DNA of 64,000 bases from an uncultured Muribaculaceae bacterium (GCA_910577355.1 CAJTMY010000005.1:25095-89094), one strand, 5' to 3'. Positions 30,621 through 39,254 are shown, numbered from the stretch's first letter. The notes: generated from the sequence alone by a model not told the origin. Made by a program: numbers and translations.

Positions 30621-32147
30621 ATGTCGGTATTACCCCCCCCATCATATGCTAAGTGTCTGTGTGTGAGTAGATTGTTTGTTGTATCTATCCTGATTATATG
30701 TCTGGCGACCCGGGTAGTGGCTCAAGATGAACAGATTGTTAGAACCAAAGATCCGGTATTGTTTGAAGAATATTCTGTTACGCCCGGAGGTTCATTCACA
30801 TATCGGAATCCTGATCGTATCCGCTCGGTAGATGGTTCAAATGCGGCGGAGCCGGCCGGTGTATATGTAAAGACGACCCGTGCCGGAGAGCTGGCTGCGT
30901 TGCTCGGGGATAGAGTCAATCTCATTGACACCCTGCATGTCGAAGGCCCGATAAATGGCGAGGATTTCAATATCATATGGCAATCGTCCTTTTACGGCCA
31001 TCTTAAGGTAATAGATCTCGGCAAGGCTTCAATCGAGGACGGTATAATACCCGACTATGCTTTATTCCACATAGATGTACAGGTGGACTGGGATACTCTT
31101 ATCATCGATACAATCTGGCTTGAGAAATTGATACTGCCATATAATACAGAGGAAATCGGCCGCAGTGCGTTTGCTTATGCCACCTCACTCATTGAAATCC
31201 AATTTCCGGAGTCTCTCAAAAAAATAGGTACTTCGTCATTTACCGATTGCATACGGTTGGCCACCGACCCCTTTGTACTGCCGCCGAATCTCGAATTCCT
31301 CGGTTATCAGGCCTTTTATCAATGCCGTTCGTTGGCAGGGGAGGTCATTCTGCCACCGACAATGCAAGTCATTGACGGCGCGGCCTTTTACCGTACACAG
31401 ATCACAAAGATAAACATTCCAGATAAAGTTGAATATCTGGGCGATTTCGCTTTTTACGGTACCAATCTGAAGGAGATCGATCTGCCGGATGATTGCTGGC
31501 TTGATACAAGAGGCGCTCAGTTTTATGCCAATTATGAACTTGAGCGTGTGCATCTTCCTGAAAACTGCAGGCAGATTCCGGATGACATATTTCTTTATTG
31601 CACCAATCTGAAAGAGGTCAATCTCCCTGATTGCACTACGCATATAAGGACGCATGCGTTCGGACAATGCACTTCGCTCGCCTGTTTTTCCTCGCTTGTG
31701 TTGCCCGATGGATTGTTGGCTTTGGGGGACAGGGCTCTGCTTGAGGTTCCGATAAGAGAAATTGTACTTCCGTCGACACTTTCATATATAGGTGCGGAAA
31801 TGTTTGGTTACGGCTCAAAGATTGAGAGGATCTATTGCAAGGCCGACCAAGTGCCTGAATGTCATGATTGGGAATTGCGACCCGGGGAAAGTCCTTTCTA
31901 CGGAGTCCGCAAGGATATCGAGGTATATATCCCCACAGGCACCAAAGATGATTACGCATCTTCATTCGGATGGGATTATTTCACCAACTTTATAGAGACC
32001 GACAGTTTTCCTTCGCTCGGTATCGGGGATGTCCGGGCTGATTCGATACAGGACGCCGCGACATATGATCTATACGGTCGTAAAATCACGCAGCCTGTTT
32101 CAGGCAATATTTATATCAGCGGCGGCAGAAAGTTTATTTGTAGATAA
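30621..32147 (+). CDS. BspA-type leucine-rich-repeat protein with a probable T9SS C-terminal sorting tail
   Basis: Signal peptide, then repeated units of the form I-x-x-AF-x-x-C-x-x-L-x-x-I-x-LP-x-x-L-x-x-IG (for example IGRSAFAYATSLIEIQFPESLKKIGTSSF and LGDFAFYGTNLKEIDLPDD). The C-terminus ATYDLYGRKITQPVSGNIYISGGRKFICR resembles short T9SS CTDs. Confidence 0.8.
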   Translation: MSVLPPPSYAKCLCVSRLFVVSILIICLATRVVAQDEQIVRTKDPVLFEEYSVTPGGSFTYRNPDRIRSVDGSNAAEPAGVYVKTTRAGELAALLGDRVNLIDTLHVEGPINGEDFNIIWQSSFYGHLKVIDLGKASIEDGIIPDYALFHIDVQVDWDTLIIDTIWLEKLILPYNTEEIGRSAFAYATSLIEIQFPESLKKIGTSSFTDCIRLATDPFVLPPNLEFLGYQAFYQCRSLAGEVILPPTMQVIDGAAFYRTQITKINIPDKVEYLGDFAFYGTNLKEIDLPDDCWLDTRGAQFYANYELERVHLPENCRQIPDDIFLYCTNLKEVNLPDCTTHIRTHAFGQCTSLACFSSLVLPDGLLALGDRALLEVPIREIVLPSTLSYIGAEMFGYGSKIERIYCKADQVPECHDWELRPGESPFYGVRKDIEVYIPTGTKDDYASSFGWDYFTNFIETDSFPSLGIGDVRADSIQDAATYDLYGRKITQPVSGNIYISGGRKFICR

Positions 32148-32152
32148 ATAGA

Positions 32153-32182
32153 GAAGCGCGATTCATCTGTAAACCGCGCTTC
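32153..32182. terminator. Candidate bidirectional terminator between convergent genes
   Basis: 8-bp GC-rich stem gaagcgcg / cgcgcttc with a 14-nt loop. The flanking T-tracts are weak. Confidence 0.4.
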
Positions 32183-32201
32183 ATTATCATGTATGGAATA
32201 A

Positions 32202-35200
32202 TTAGAGCCGCACTTTCACGCTTGCCGTCTCCTCCTGTCCGCGGGCAGTGACGATATACATACCGGCTACTGCGTTGTCGAGATTGATGGATGTGCCTGT
32301 CTCGCTTTTTACCCGTACTCCCTGCAGTGTCCATGCCTCAAGTACACACGGACGGTTGGTATTCACGGTTGAACCGTTGATATTTAGCCGCAATCCGCCG
32401 TCGGCATCTGTATCAATTACTGACATTGGGGTGATTTCGGTCACTTTCTCGTCATCGATACGGAACCAATAGTCGCGGTCGGCTTTTATGGTGAAGTCGG
32501 GCAGCTGCTTGCCGTTGTTCCAGTTGTTGAATATCAGATTGTATGTGCCCGGTGCTGCATTGAGTCCGAACATCTGATAGGTCTTGCCTTCGATTACGAC
32601 TTCGTCGAGCGGAGCTATGCCGGGCCATGCGCCGAATATCTCACCGTCGCCCCAGGCATACAGTCCGAGGCTTGTCCACGATGTCTGATTGTCGACGTAT
32701 ATGCGGTGGTCTGTGTCGGGGATCTCAGGCTCGATACCTTTGAATACCACGTTGTCGATGCCGAGCGCCATGGCTCCCTGAGCTGCGTCGCCACTCGCCA
32801 CCGAGATGTTCCATGCGAGGTAAAGATCAAGTCCGGGACCGAAATTCACCGGCAGCAAGGCATTGACTCCGACGGTTTCACCCGGAACCTCGGCATAGCC
32901 GGCAGTCTCGTTGTCCGGCTCGAAATAAGTGCGGAAGTCTTCGCCGGCATTCTGCCAGTTGCGTCCGTCAAACGAGTAGTGCAGCTGCACGGCGAATCCG
33001 GCGGCATTGTTACCCTTGCGATATTTCTCCACGTCGTAGCTTATGTCGAGGCGGTCGAAAGCCTTCTTTCCGTCGTTGTATAGATGGGCATATACGTTGA
33101 TGGCTCGCGAGCCGTTGGCCACACCGGTGGTAATGCCGCCCACAGCACGGTCGGACGACCCGTCGGCGCCGAAGTTCCACACACCGTTCTTGGCATTGGA
33201 CGGCAGCGAGGTGCCGCCGCTGTATGTGGTTTTTTCCGAAGCTGTGGCATATGTGCCGATGGCGCGGGTGCCGGTGGTCTGTTTGTCGATGCGCCATCCC
33301 TTTGGCATTGCTGCATCGGCTGCGGTGCCCATTGTGTCGAAGTTTTGGCTTGCTTCAGGATTTTCCTTGTTGATCTTTACGGAGGGGTAGGTGACCACCA
33401 CGGTCTCGGCGTCGGCTACCTTTACATTCGCTTTTTTCTCGAATGTACCCGACGTGGCTGTTACGGTGAATGTGCCGCGTGTGCCGTCCGATACGAAAAC
33501 ACCATCGGTCGATATCGTGCCGCCGCCGTCCACTGCGAATACTATGGGTGCCGCATCGCTTACTTCCATTCCGAAGTCGTCGTATATGCCGGCATTGAAG
33601 CGGATCGTAGCTTTGTGATGGTCAATGCTGTTGATATAGGCTTTGAGGGCGTCGGAGGCGTAGCGCCTCATTTTGGCGGCTGTGGCTGCGTCGAGTCCGG
33701 CAGGGGCCGAATTGATGTCGGCAGGATCTTCTCCGAATATAAGGCCGTACTCCATGCAGGCGGCCATATAGGTAGACATCAGACTGGGATGACGATCATC
33801 GAGATACCATTCGAGTGTTGCGTCGGTTCCTTCGGTGCAGTATACATTGTCGTAAGCGGCAGCTACCGGGCAGACGGTCACACCCATTTCTTCGGCCACG
33901 GCCTTGTAGTTGTCGAGAAACAATTTGTTGTATGCGTTGTAGTTGTCCCAGTCGCCGCTGTAAGCCCAGTTCACGGGCAGGATTATCACGGCATTGGGGT
34001 TGGGACAGTATTCGCGTATGTAGTCCACCCACTGCTTCACGTTGGCGCGGAATTTGTCGAAGCTTGTTCGGGGCAATGAGCTTTGTTCCTGTAATATGAT
34101 GTGCGACCATGCCTCAGAGCGTACCATCATCCTGGCGCCCGGTGTGCCGTCGGCGGCGAGGCCGTCGCCTTCGTCCCAGTGAGTCGACAGCGGTTTGCCG
34201 AGCAGCGTATGTTTTGTCCACGCCGCATCTTTGTTCATGCCGGCGGCTATGTCGTTGAACACCTTGTCCTGATCGTTATAGTATATGAGGCTGTTGTTGA
34301 GCGACAATACTTTCACCTTTTCAGGATTCCGGGGCACAAGTACTGTATTGGCAGGATTCAAGGTAAGCGCTGCGGCTTCCGATTTCACCTTTACAAGATT
34401 GTAGGATCCGTCGGCGAGGCTGAAAGTCACATCATATGTTGAAGGCTCGGTATATACAGTATATGTATTACCTTTCACAAGAGTACCGTTTACTGCGGGC
34501 CGGCTGTTCTCACTTGCCGCGCCCCATGCGCCGCTTTTGCCGAGCCGTTGGTAGATAAGCCACTGCGACATTCCGGTACTGCCCGCCTTGAGCGATACAC
34601 GTCCTTTGAACGTGTTGTCGCTTTCGTCGAGTTTCAGTTCGCCGGCTGTGCTCATATAGTTCCAACCGTTGAAGTCACCTACCATGTATACAGATGTAAG
34701 ACCTGTTTCGTCGTCGTTGCTTTCAAGCATTATCGTAGCCTGCCCGTTTTTGATATTGAGAACTATGCGCTTGCAATCGAATACATATGCGCCGCAGGAT
34801 ACGTTGTTGTCGGTGCCGGCTACGAGATTGTAGGGCGCGTCTATCATTATGTTGCTGCCGTTAGAGCCGTAGTTGCAACTCGAGCTCCACGATGCGTCGG
34901 CTACTTTGAAGCCGCCGCTCAGAGTCTTGTCGTATAGCACATATGTGCCGTCGCCCTCGTCTGAGAATTCCCACGAGGCATCTGCACCCCATGTGTTGAC
35001 ATCGCCGCGCAGGTATATGCCCGAGCTTACGAACGGTGGCCGCGACGGATCCACCCATCCCGTATAGCTGTCTGGATCGGCGATCATATCAAGTCCCTGC
35101 GGTGATGCGCACAGATAGTTGTCGTCGCCTGCTATGATGTGTGCGGGACCGTATTCTTTGCCACCGGCTGTTACTACCACATTGTGGTCGGTCTGTCCTT

Positions 35201-36107
35201 CCACCGGCCATGCGCTGTATGTCACACCGTTGATGTTTTTGGCCATCTGTGACGGGATACCCGGTTTCGGGCCATATGCGGCGTTATCGGGTGAATAAAG
35301 TGTCATGCCGGCTGCTCCGGTGGCATTTTCCACATAAATATAGTGCGAGTCGGCCGATGCGAACGATGCGCTTACAGACACGTTGTCGATTGCAAGCCCC
35401 TGTGCCTTGTCGGGCGTGGCGCCTGTGGCCACCGATATGTTCCATGCCAGGTAGATGTCGCTTCCTGCTTTCACGTCCACCATAAGGGTGCGGGGGCCGA
35501 TGGCCGATGTGCTTATGGGCACGACAGTTTCGCCGGCCGTAGCTCCATCGGGTGCGAAATGTGTCTTGAAATCATTGCCGGCATTGATCCATTCGCTGCC
35601 GTCATACGAATAATAGAGCTGAACATCAAAACCGGCGGCATTGGCACCGTTGCGGTATTTTTCGATGTCATACGAGAGTGTGAGGCGGTCAATAGCCTTG
35701 TCGGCATCATTGTGCAGTGCTGTCATGAGCGACACGCAGCGGGTGCCTCCGTTGACTGTTGTAGACAAGCCGCCTACGGCGCGGTCGGTAGGATCGGTCG
35801 ATGCTCCGAAATTCCATGTGCCGTTCTTGGCATTGGATGCGAGCGATATTCCGCCTTCATACATCAAAGTGGTCGAGGCTTCGTCCCATGATCCCACTTT
35901 GCGTGGCGCGTCGAGATTGCGGTCGACTGCCCATCCTTTAGGGAGTGTAAATACGGGGGCTTGCTGTGAGGCGTCCCACATGCTGTTGAAATTCTCGGTG
36001 ATAGACGGCGATGCCTCCGATATGCTCAGCGCATCGGTGGCAGCATACATGCCCGATGAGGCCGTTGCGACCAGGATTGCCGTTATCATGCGGTTGATGA
36101 TTTTCAT
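32202..36107 (-). CDS. 1301-aa multidomain secreted protein, a T9SS cargo. It has two copies of an unassigned domain of about 215 aa, carbohydrate-binding-module-like repeats, an SGNH/DUF4886-like esterase core, a Big_2-like domain and a T9SS CTD
   Basis: Signal peptide. Domain copies at aa 33-249 and aa 915-1124. WPG-type CBM-like segments include LYAWGDGEIFGAWPGIAP...NLIFNNWNNGKQ. The central region has LSLNNSL ... DDRHPS (SGNH block I / block V-like). The C-terminal segment WTLQGVRVKSE...GMYIVTARGQEETASVKVRL is the T9SS tail. Confidence 0.75.
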   Translation of the reverse strand: MKIINRMITAILVATASSGMYAATDALSISEASPSITENFNSMWDASQQAPVFTLPKGWAVDRNLDAPRKVGSWDEASTTLMYEGGISLASNAKNGTWNFGASTDPTDRAVGGLSTTVNGGTRCVSLMTALHNDADKAIDRLTLSYDIEKYRNGANAAGFDVQLYYSYDGSEWINAGNDFKTHFAPDGATAGETVVPISTSAIGPRTLMVDVKAGSDIYLAWNISVATGATPDKAQGLAIDNVSVSASFASADSHYIYVENATGAAGMTLYSPDNAAYGPKPGIPSQMAKNINGVTYSAWPVEGQTDHNVVVTAGGKEYGPAHIIAGDDNYLCASPQGLDMIADPDSYTGWVDPSRPPFVSSGIYLRGDVNTWGADASWEFSDEGDGTYVLYDKTLSGGFKVADASWSSSCNYGSNGSNIMIDAPYNLVAGTDNNVSCGAYVFDCKRIVLNIKNGQATIMLESNDDETGLTSVYMVGDFNGWNYMSTAGELKLDESDNTFKGRVSLKAGSTGMSQWLIYQRLGKSGAWGAASENSRPAVNGTLVKGNTYTVYTEPSTYDVTFSLADGSYNLVKVKSEAAALTLNPANTVLVPRNPEKVKVLSLNNSLIYYNDQDKVFNDIAAGMNKDAAWTKHTLLGKPLSTHWDEGDGLAADGTPGARMMVRSEAWSHIILQEQSSLPRTSFDKFRANVKQWVDYIREYCPNPNAVIILPVNWAYSGDWDNYNAYNKLFLDNYKAVAEEMGVTVCPVAAAYDNVYCTEGTDATLEWYLDDRHPSLMSTYMAACMEYGLIFGEDPADINSAPAGLDAATAAKMRRYASDALKAYINSIDHHKATIRFNAGIYDDFGMEVSDAAPIVFAVDGGGTISTDGVFVSDGTRGTFTVTATSGTFEKKANVKVADAETVVVTYPSVKINKENPEASQNFDTMGTAADAAMPKGWRIDKQTTGTRAIGTYATASEKTTYSGGTSLPSNAKNGVWNFGADGSSDRAVGGITTGVANGSRAINVYAHLYNDGKKAFDRLDISYDVEKYRKGNNAAGFAVQLHYSFDGRNWQNAGEDFRTYFEPDNETAGYAEVPGETVGVNALLPVNFGPGLDLYLAWNISVASGDAAQGAMALGIDNVVFKGIEPEIPDTDHRIYVDNQTSWTSLGLYAWGDGEIFGAWPGIAPLDEVVIEGKTYQMFGLNAAPGTYNLIFNNWNNGKQLPDFTIKADRDYWFRIDDEKVTEITPMSVIDTDADGGLRLNINGSTVNTNRPCVLEAWTLQGVRVKSETGTSINLDNAVAGMYIVTARGQEETASVKVRL
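32736..33365 (-). repeat. Intragenic domain copy 2 (aa 915-1124 of the 1301-aa protein)
   Basis: Motifs QNFDTM, PKGW, SNAKNGVWNFGA, DRAVGG, ISYDVEKYRKGNNAAGFAVQLHYSFDG, YLAWNISVA and LGIDNVVF appear in the same order as in copy 1. Confidence 0.7.
35361..36011 (-). repeat. Intragenic domain copy 1 (aa 33-249 of the 1301-aa protein)
   Basis: Shares ordered motifs with copy 2: NF-x-x-M, PKGW, SNAKNGTWNFGA, DRAVGG, LSYDIEKYRNGANAAGFDVQLYYSYDG, YLAWNISVA and GLAIDNVSV. Confidence 0.7.
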
Positions 36108-36138
36108 GGCTTTGTTAACTGATTTTATGGTTATGATG

Positions 36139-36146
36139 CAAAGTTA
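36139..36146 (-). promoter_or_regulatory. Candidate -7 promoter box TAACTTTG for the 1301-aa protein gene
   Basis: Exact TAnnTTTG match on the minus strand, about 32 nt upstream of the ATG at 36107. Confidence 0.45.
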
Positions 36147-36273
36147 CTCATCACAAAGCCAGAACTTCCGCAAATATAAGTTTTATGTAGATTATTCAAA
36201 TTATTATTGCTCTTATTTACAGAATTATAATAATTTTGAATAGCTTGTAAAATGTAGATGATGATGATCTACG

Positions 36274-37782
36274 TTAATTGAAAAATTCCTCAAATTTCGC
36301 TCGGTCGACGGCTCGGTTGCGCATGCGTGTGCGATAATTGTATACCGTCGACTGCGAGCATCGCAGGAACCGAGCTATAAGGTCGCCGTCGGTTATTCCG
36401 AGTTTCATCAGCGCGAGCACCCGCAGCTCGGTGGTGAGTGCGTTGCCGTTCTTCAGCCTTATCTGATATTCCGGTAGAAGCAGGCAGTTGAGGTCATCCG
36501 TGAAATCAGGAAACAACTCTAAGAACGCTTCGTCGAATTTCCGGTAAAAGTCGGTCACTTCCGTATCTATGTAACGTGTGGAGCTGATAGCGTCGTAGAG
36601 TATGTCGAAATTGCGGGCTGCGGCTTTCTTAAACAACATGGCGCGGTAGCTGTCCATCTTGTTCAGATAGTCGAGACTCAGATTCATGAACCGTGTCACA
36701 TATCGTTCCTTTATCTCGTTGGCGCGTTGCAGGCTCGCGTTCACCTCGGCTTCGCGTTGTCGTGCCTCGTGCAGTTGTCGAGCCCGCCGACGGGCATATG
36801 CAAGGCTTGCTGCAAGCACTCCGAGCAGTGCTACGGCTATCAGAAGTGTCAGGGTGAGCCATCGGCGCGATGCCAGAAGGCGGTTGGTGTAAGCCGATTC
36901 GATAAACGGCATCACCTGCGATACCTCAAGCATACGGCTGCGGGCCTTGCATGCCGTGGCATCGTCGATCGACCGCCTCATATACCGGTATGCCCGCTCG
37001 TGGTCGCCGCGCTCGTAGAGCATCGCCGCGAGTTGTGGCAGAGCAAGATATTCGCGCACGCCGTTGTGTATGTCGGCCGTGGCGGCGAGCGCCAGATATT
37101 CGAGCTGCATGTCGGTGCGCCCCTGCTTGCCGTATATGCCGGCGACCACATGGTAGGCGGCACCGTTGCGTGCCGAGTAGGGCGCGTTGCGCAGTCCCTT
37201 TTCCATCAGCTCGGCAGCTTTGTTGTAGTTGCCTTCGTCGGCATATTTGTTGGCCAGTATGATTGTGGCGTCGGGGTTGAGCGTCAGTACCGAATCCCGA
37301 TAGGCGCTTTTTAGGGCGGCGTAGGATTTCTTTGCTGCTCCGTCGGCGCTCATTTCTTCAAGATTGCGGTATATCTGCACGCCGAGCGTATAGTATTGCA
37401 TTAGCAGGGAGTCGTTGAGCAAGGATCGGTCAAGGCTCTCAAACAGCTCATGGGCCTCCTTGTACATAAGCAGCGACGAGTTGTATAGCTCAATACGTTG
37501 CAGTGTGGAAGCCGGTGTGATGATCCCGGCTATGCTGTCGGCGCGCTGCAGATGCAGGAGTGCCGAGTCGGTATCGAAGTCCACATACATGTGGCAGAGT
37601 CTCAGCTCGGTATCGGCGCTGTGTCCATGTCGTGCCGAGTCGATACGGGCGCGCCGCAATTCGTGATACCGCGGCGCATCGACCACGGCTGCATCAAGGG
37701 CGTGCAGGATGGCCTCGTGACCTTGGCACACGCCGGCGCACAGCAACACTATGATGGCGAGGATATGTTTCATCAAGTGCAA
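36274..37782 (-). CDS. DUF6377-type membrane-spanning transcriptional regulator (periplasmic TPR-like sensor, one TM helix, cytoplasmic coiled coil and C-terminal HTH)
   Basis: Signal peptide, a helical-repeat region of about 300 aa, TM helix WLTLTLLIAVALLGVLAASLAY, then LTTELRVLALMKLGITDGDLIARFLRCSQSTVYNYRTRMRNR, a LuxR-like HTH. The start may instead be the second Met (MKHIL). Confidence 0.7.
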   Translation of the reverse strand: MHLMKHILAIIVLLCAGVCQGHEAILHALDAAVVDAPRYHELRRARIDSARHGHSADTELRLCHMYVDFDTDSALLHLQRADSIAGIITPASTLQRIELYNSSLLMYKEAHELFESLDRSLLNDSLLMQYYTLGVQIYRNLEEMSADGAAKKSYAALKSAYRDSVLTLNPDATIILANKYADEGNYNKAAELMEKGLRNAPYSARNGAAYHVVAGIYGKQGRTDMQLEYLALAATADIHNGVREYLALPQLAAMLYERGDHERAYRYMRRSIDDATACKARSRMLEVSQVMPFIESAYTNRLLASRRWLTLTLLIAVALLGVLAASLAYARRRARQLHEARQREAEVNASLQRANEIKERYVTRFMNLSLDYLNKMDSYRAMLFKKAAARNFDILYDAISSTRYIDTEVTDFYRKFDEAFLELFPDFTDDLNCLLLPEYQIRLKNGNALTTELRVLALMKLGITDGDLIARFLRCSQSTVYNYRTRMRNRAVDRAKFEEFFN

Positions 37783-37867
37783 AAGTACCGATTTTATGGC
37801 AGATACACAAAAAATCGAAAAAGAAACCGGCTCCTGTGGGCCTAATTCTCAGGTTCTAAAAGGGTGC

Positions 37868-38368
37868 TTAAACGGTCGGTTTGCGGCTTTTCGTAAGCTC
37901 GATGGCTTCTTTTCCGGTCATATGCTCGACATCCATGCGGAGAATAAGCATATGCGAGAAGAATTTGTCCATTTCTTTTTTCAGTCCATCCGCGTCGCCG
38001 GGATTGAAACGTTCGCCGAGCAATGCCGCTGCACGAAATCTTTCATCCTCGTCTTCCACGATGTGAATCCGACCGAATGCGATGAAGCTGCTGAAATAAG
38101 TCGTGAACTCTGCCGGATGCACATCATCGGCGGCTATGACGCAGAATGAAGCCTTGTCGCAGTTTCTTATGGCATCAACCTTGTGTCCTGAAACCGCGCT
38201 GTGAAAATATAACCGGCCATCGACATACACATAGCTGAGGGGCACTGCATAAGGATAGCCGTTATCGCCGAGCAATGCAAGTGTGCCGGATGTGGCTTCG
38301 GTAAGTATAGACTCGCATTCCGCCTTTGACAGTTGTTGGCGGCTGCGTCTCATTTTTCTGAATTCCAT
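37868..38368 (-). CDS. Pyridoxamine 5'-phosphate oxidase-fold protein, Nim-like (5-nitroimidazole reductase family architecture)
   Basis: 166 aa. Contains MRRSRQQLSKAECESILTEATSGTLALLGDNGYPYAVPLSYVY..GRLYFHSAVSGHKVDAI, which matches the N-terminal pattern I recall for Nim/Pyridox_ox_2 proteins. Confidence 0.75.
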   Translation of the reverse strand: MEFRKMRRSRQQLSKAECESILTEATSGTLALLGDNGYPYAVPLSYVYVDGRLYFHSAVSGHKVDAIRNCDKASFCVIAADDVHPAEFTTYFSSFIAFGRIHIVEDEDERFRAAALLGERFNPGDADGLKKEMDKFFSHMLILRMDVEHMTGKEAIELTKSRKPTV

Positions 38369-38371
38369 ATT

Positions 38372-38695
38372 TTATGAAACAATTTTTAGTCCGATGATCG
38401 AGGATACCAACGTGAAGATGAAAAACAGGCGTCCGAATGTGGCCGGTTCATGGAAGAAGAATATACCGACCAATACCGTGCCGACGGCTCCGATGCCCGT
38501 CCATACGGCGTATGCTGTTCCGATAGGCAGACTTTGTGTGGCCTTGGCCAGCAATCCCATACTGATTATTGTGAAAACAAGAAATCCGGCGATCCATCCA
38601 TACTGAGCGATACCGTCAACGGATTTTGCCCGTCCGAGGCAATACGTGAACCCGACCTCACAGAAGCCGGCCACAATCAGAATTATCCAATTCAT
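38372..38695 (-). CDS. sugE: SMR-family small multidrug/guanidinium exporter (SugE/Gdx-type)
   Basis: 107 aa, 4 TM helices: MNWIILIVAGFCEVGFTYCL (essential Glu), PIGTAYAVWTGIGAVG. Confidence 0.88.
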   Translation of the reverse strand: MNWIILIVAGFCEVGFTYCLGRAKSVDGIAQYGWIAGFLVFTIISMGLLAKATQSLPIGTAYAVWTGIGAVGTVLVGIFFFHEPATFGRLFFIFTLVSSIIGLKIVS

Positions 38696-38756
38696 AATTG
38701 AATCCGAGCCTGTCTGAGGGCTGCAGCAATACCCGGCGTCTCCTTCTAAGGCGTTG

Positions 38757-38764
38757 CAAAGTTA
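38757..38764 (-). promoter_or_regulatory. Candidate -7 promoter box TAACTTTG for sugE and the nim-like gene
   Basis: Exact TAnnTTTG match on the minus strand, about 61 nt upstream of the sugE ATG. Confidence 0.4.
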
Positions 38765-38788
38765 AGATTTTTTCCCGATTGCAGAAAG

Positions 38789-39172
38789 CTATTCCGTTAT
38801 TTCTATAATATTGTCTTCAAATGCCTGCACACAGCTTTCATAGTAGCCGTCGCCCGTGGTGCGGGGCCCGCTCAATGCTTTATAGCCGGCCTTTTCAAGT
38901 CGGTGCGTGAGTGCATCGACTTTTTCTTTTGAACCTACGCTAAAGGCGATATGGATGTACCCTTGATGCATAGGCTTAAATTGAGTGGCAACGACATCGG
39001 GGTGTTGCATTATCTCCAGCCTTGCGCCATCGGCGAAAGAAAGGAAAAACGTCTTTAACCCCGTGCGTGGATTGTGATACATCTCATTGGCCGTTGCCCC
39101 GAAATACTTTATGAAAAAGTTTTTGGCGCCTTCAAGGTCAAAAACATATAAGGCTATATGATCGAGTTTCAT
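38789..39172 (-). CDS. VOC-family protein (glyoxalase/bleomycin-resistance/dioxygenase fold)
   Basis: 127 aa: MKLDHIALYVFDLEGAKNFFIKYFG ... GYIHIAFSV ... E at the C-terminus, the typical VOC metal-ligand pattern. Confidence 0.8.
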   Translation of the reverse strand: MKLDHIALYVFDLEGAKNFFIKYFGATANEMYHNPRTGLKTFFLSFADGARLEIMQHPDVVATQFKPMHQGYIHIAFSVGSKEKVDALTHRLEKAGYKALSGPRTTGDGYYESCVQAFEDNIIEITE

Positions 39173-39209
39173 TTCTTAAGTAGGCTTACCTACGTATAAA
39201 CATATGTTG

Positions 39210-39217
39210 CAAATTTA
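39210..39217 (-). promoter_or_regulatory. Candidate -7 promoter box TAAATTTG for the VOC gene
   Basis: Exact TAnnTTTG match on the minus strand, about 38 nt upstream of the ATG at 39172. Confidence 0.4.
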
Positions 39218-39252
39218 GTGAGAAATCTTGGGGTGGCAAAAATTCTCACTAA
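39215..39252 (-). terminator. Candidate terminator at the end of the ECF/TonB operon
   Basis: 10-bp stem ttagtgagaa / ttctcactaa with an 18-nt loop, directly after the stop at 39255. The T-tract is weak. Confidence 0.4.
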
Positions 39253-39254
39253 GA

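Noticed and set aside
38696-38756. Guanidine riboswitch (ykkC, mini-ykkC or guanidine-III) in the 61-nt sugE leader.
   Set aside because: The leader (CAACGCCUUAGAAGGAGACGCCGGGUAUUGCUGCAGCCCUCAGACAGGCUCGGAUUCAAUU) has no pair of ACGR-loop hairpins and is too short for ykkC. Its resemblance to the guanidine-III core is only vague. A covariance-model scan (Rfam RF00442, RF01068, RF01763) would settle the question.
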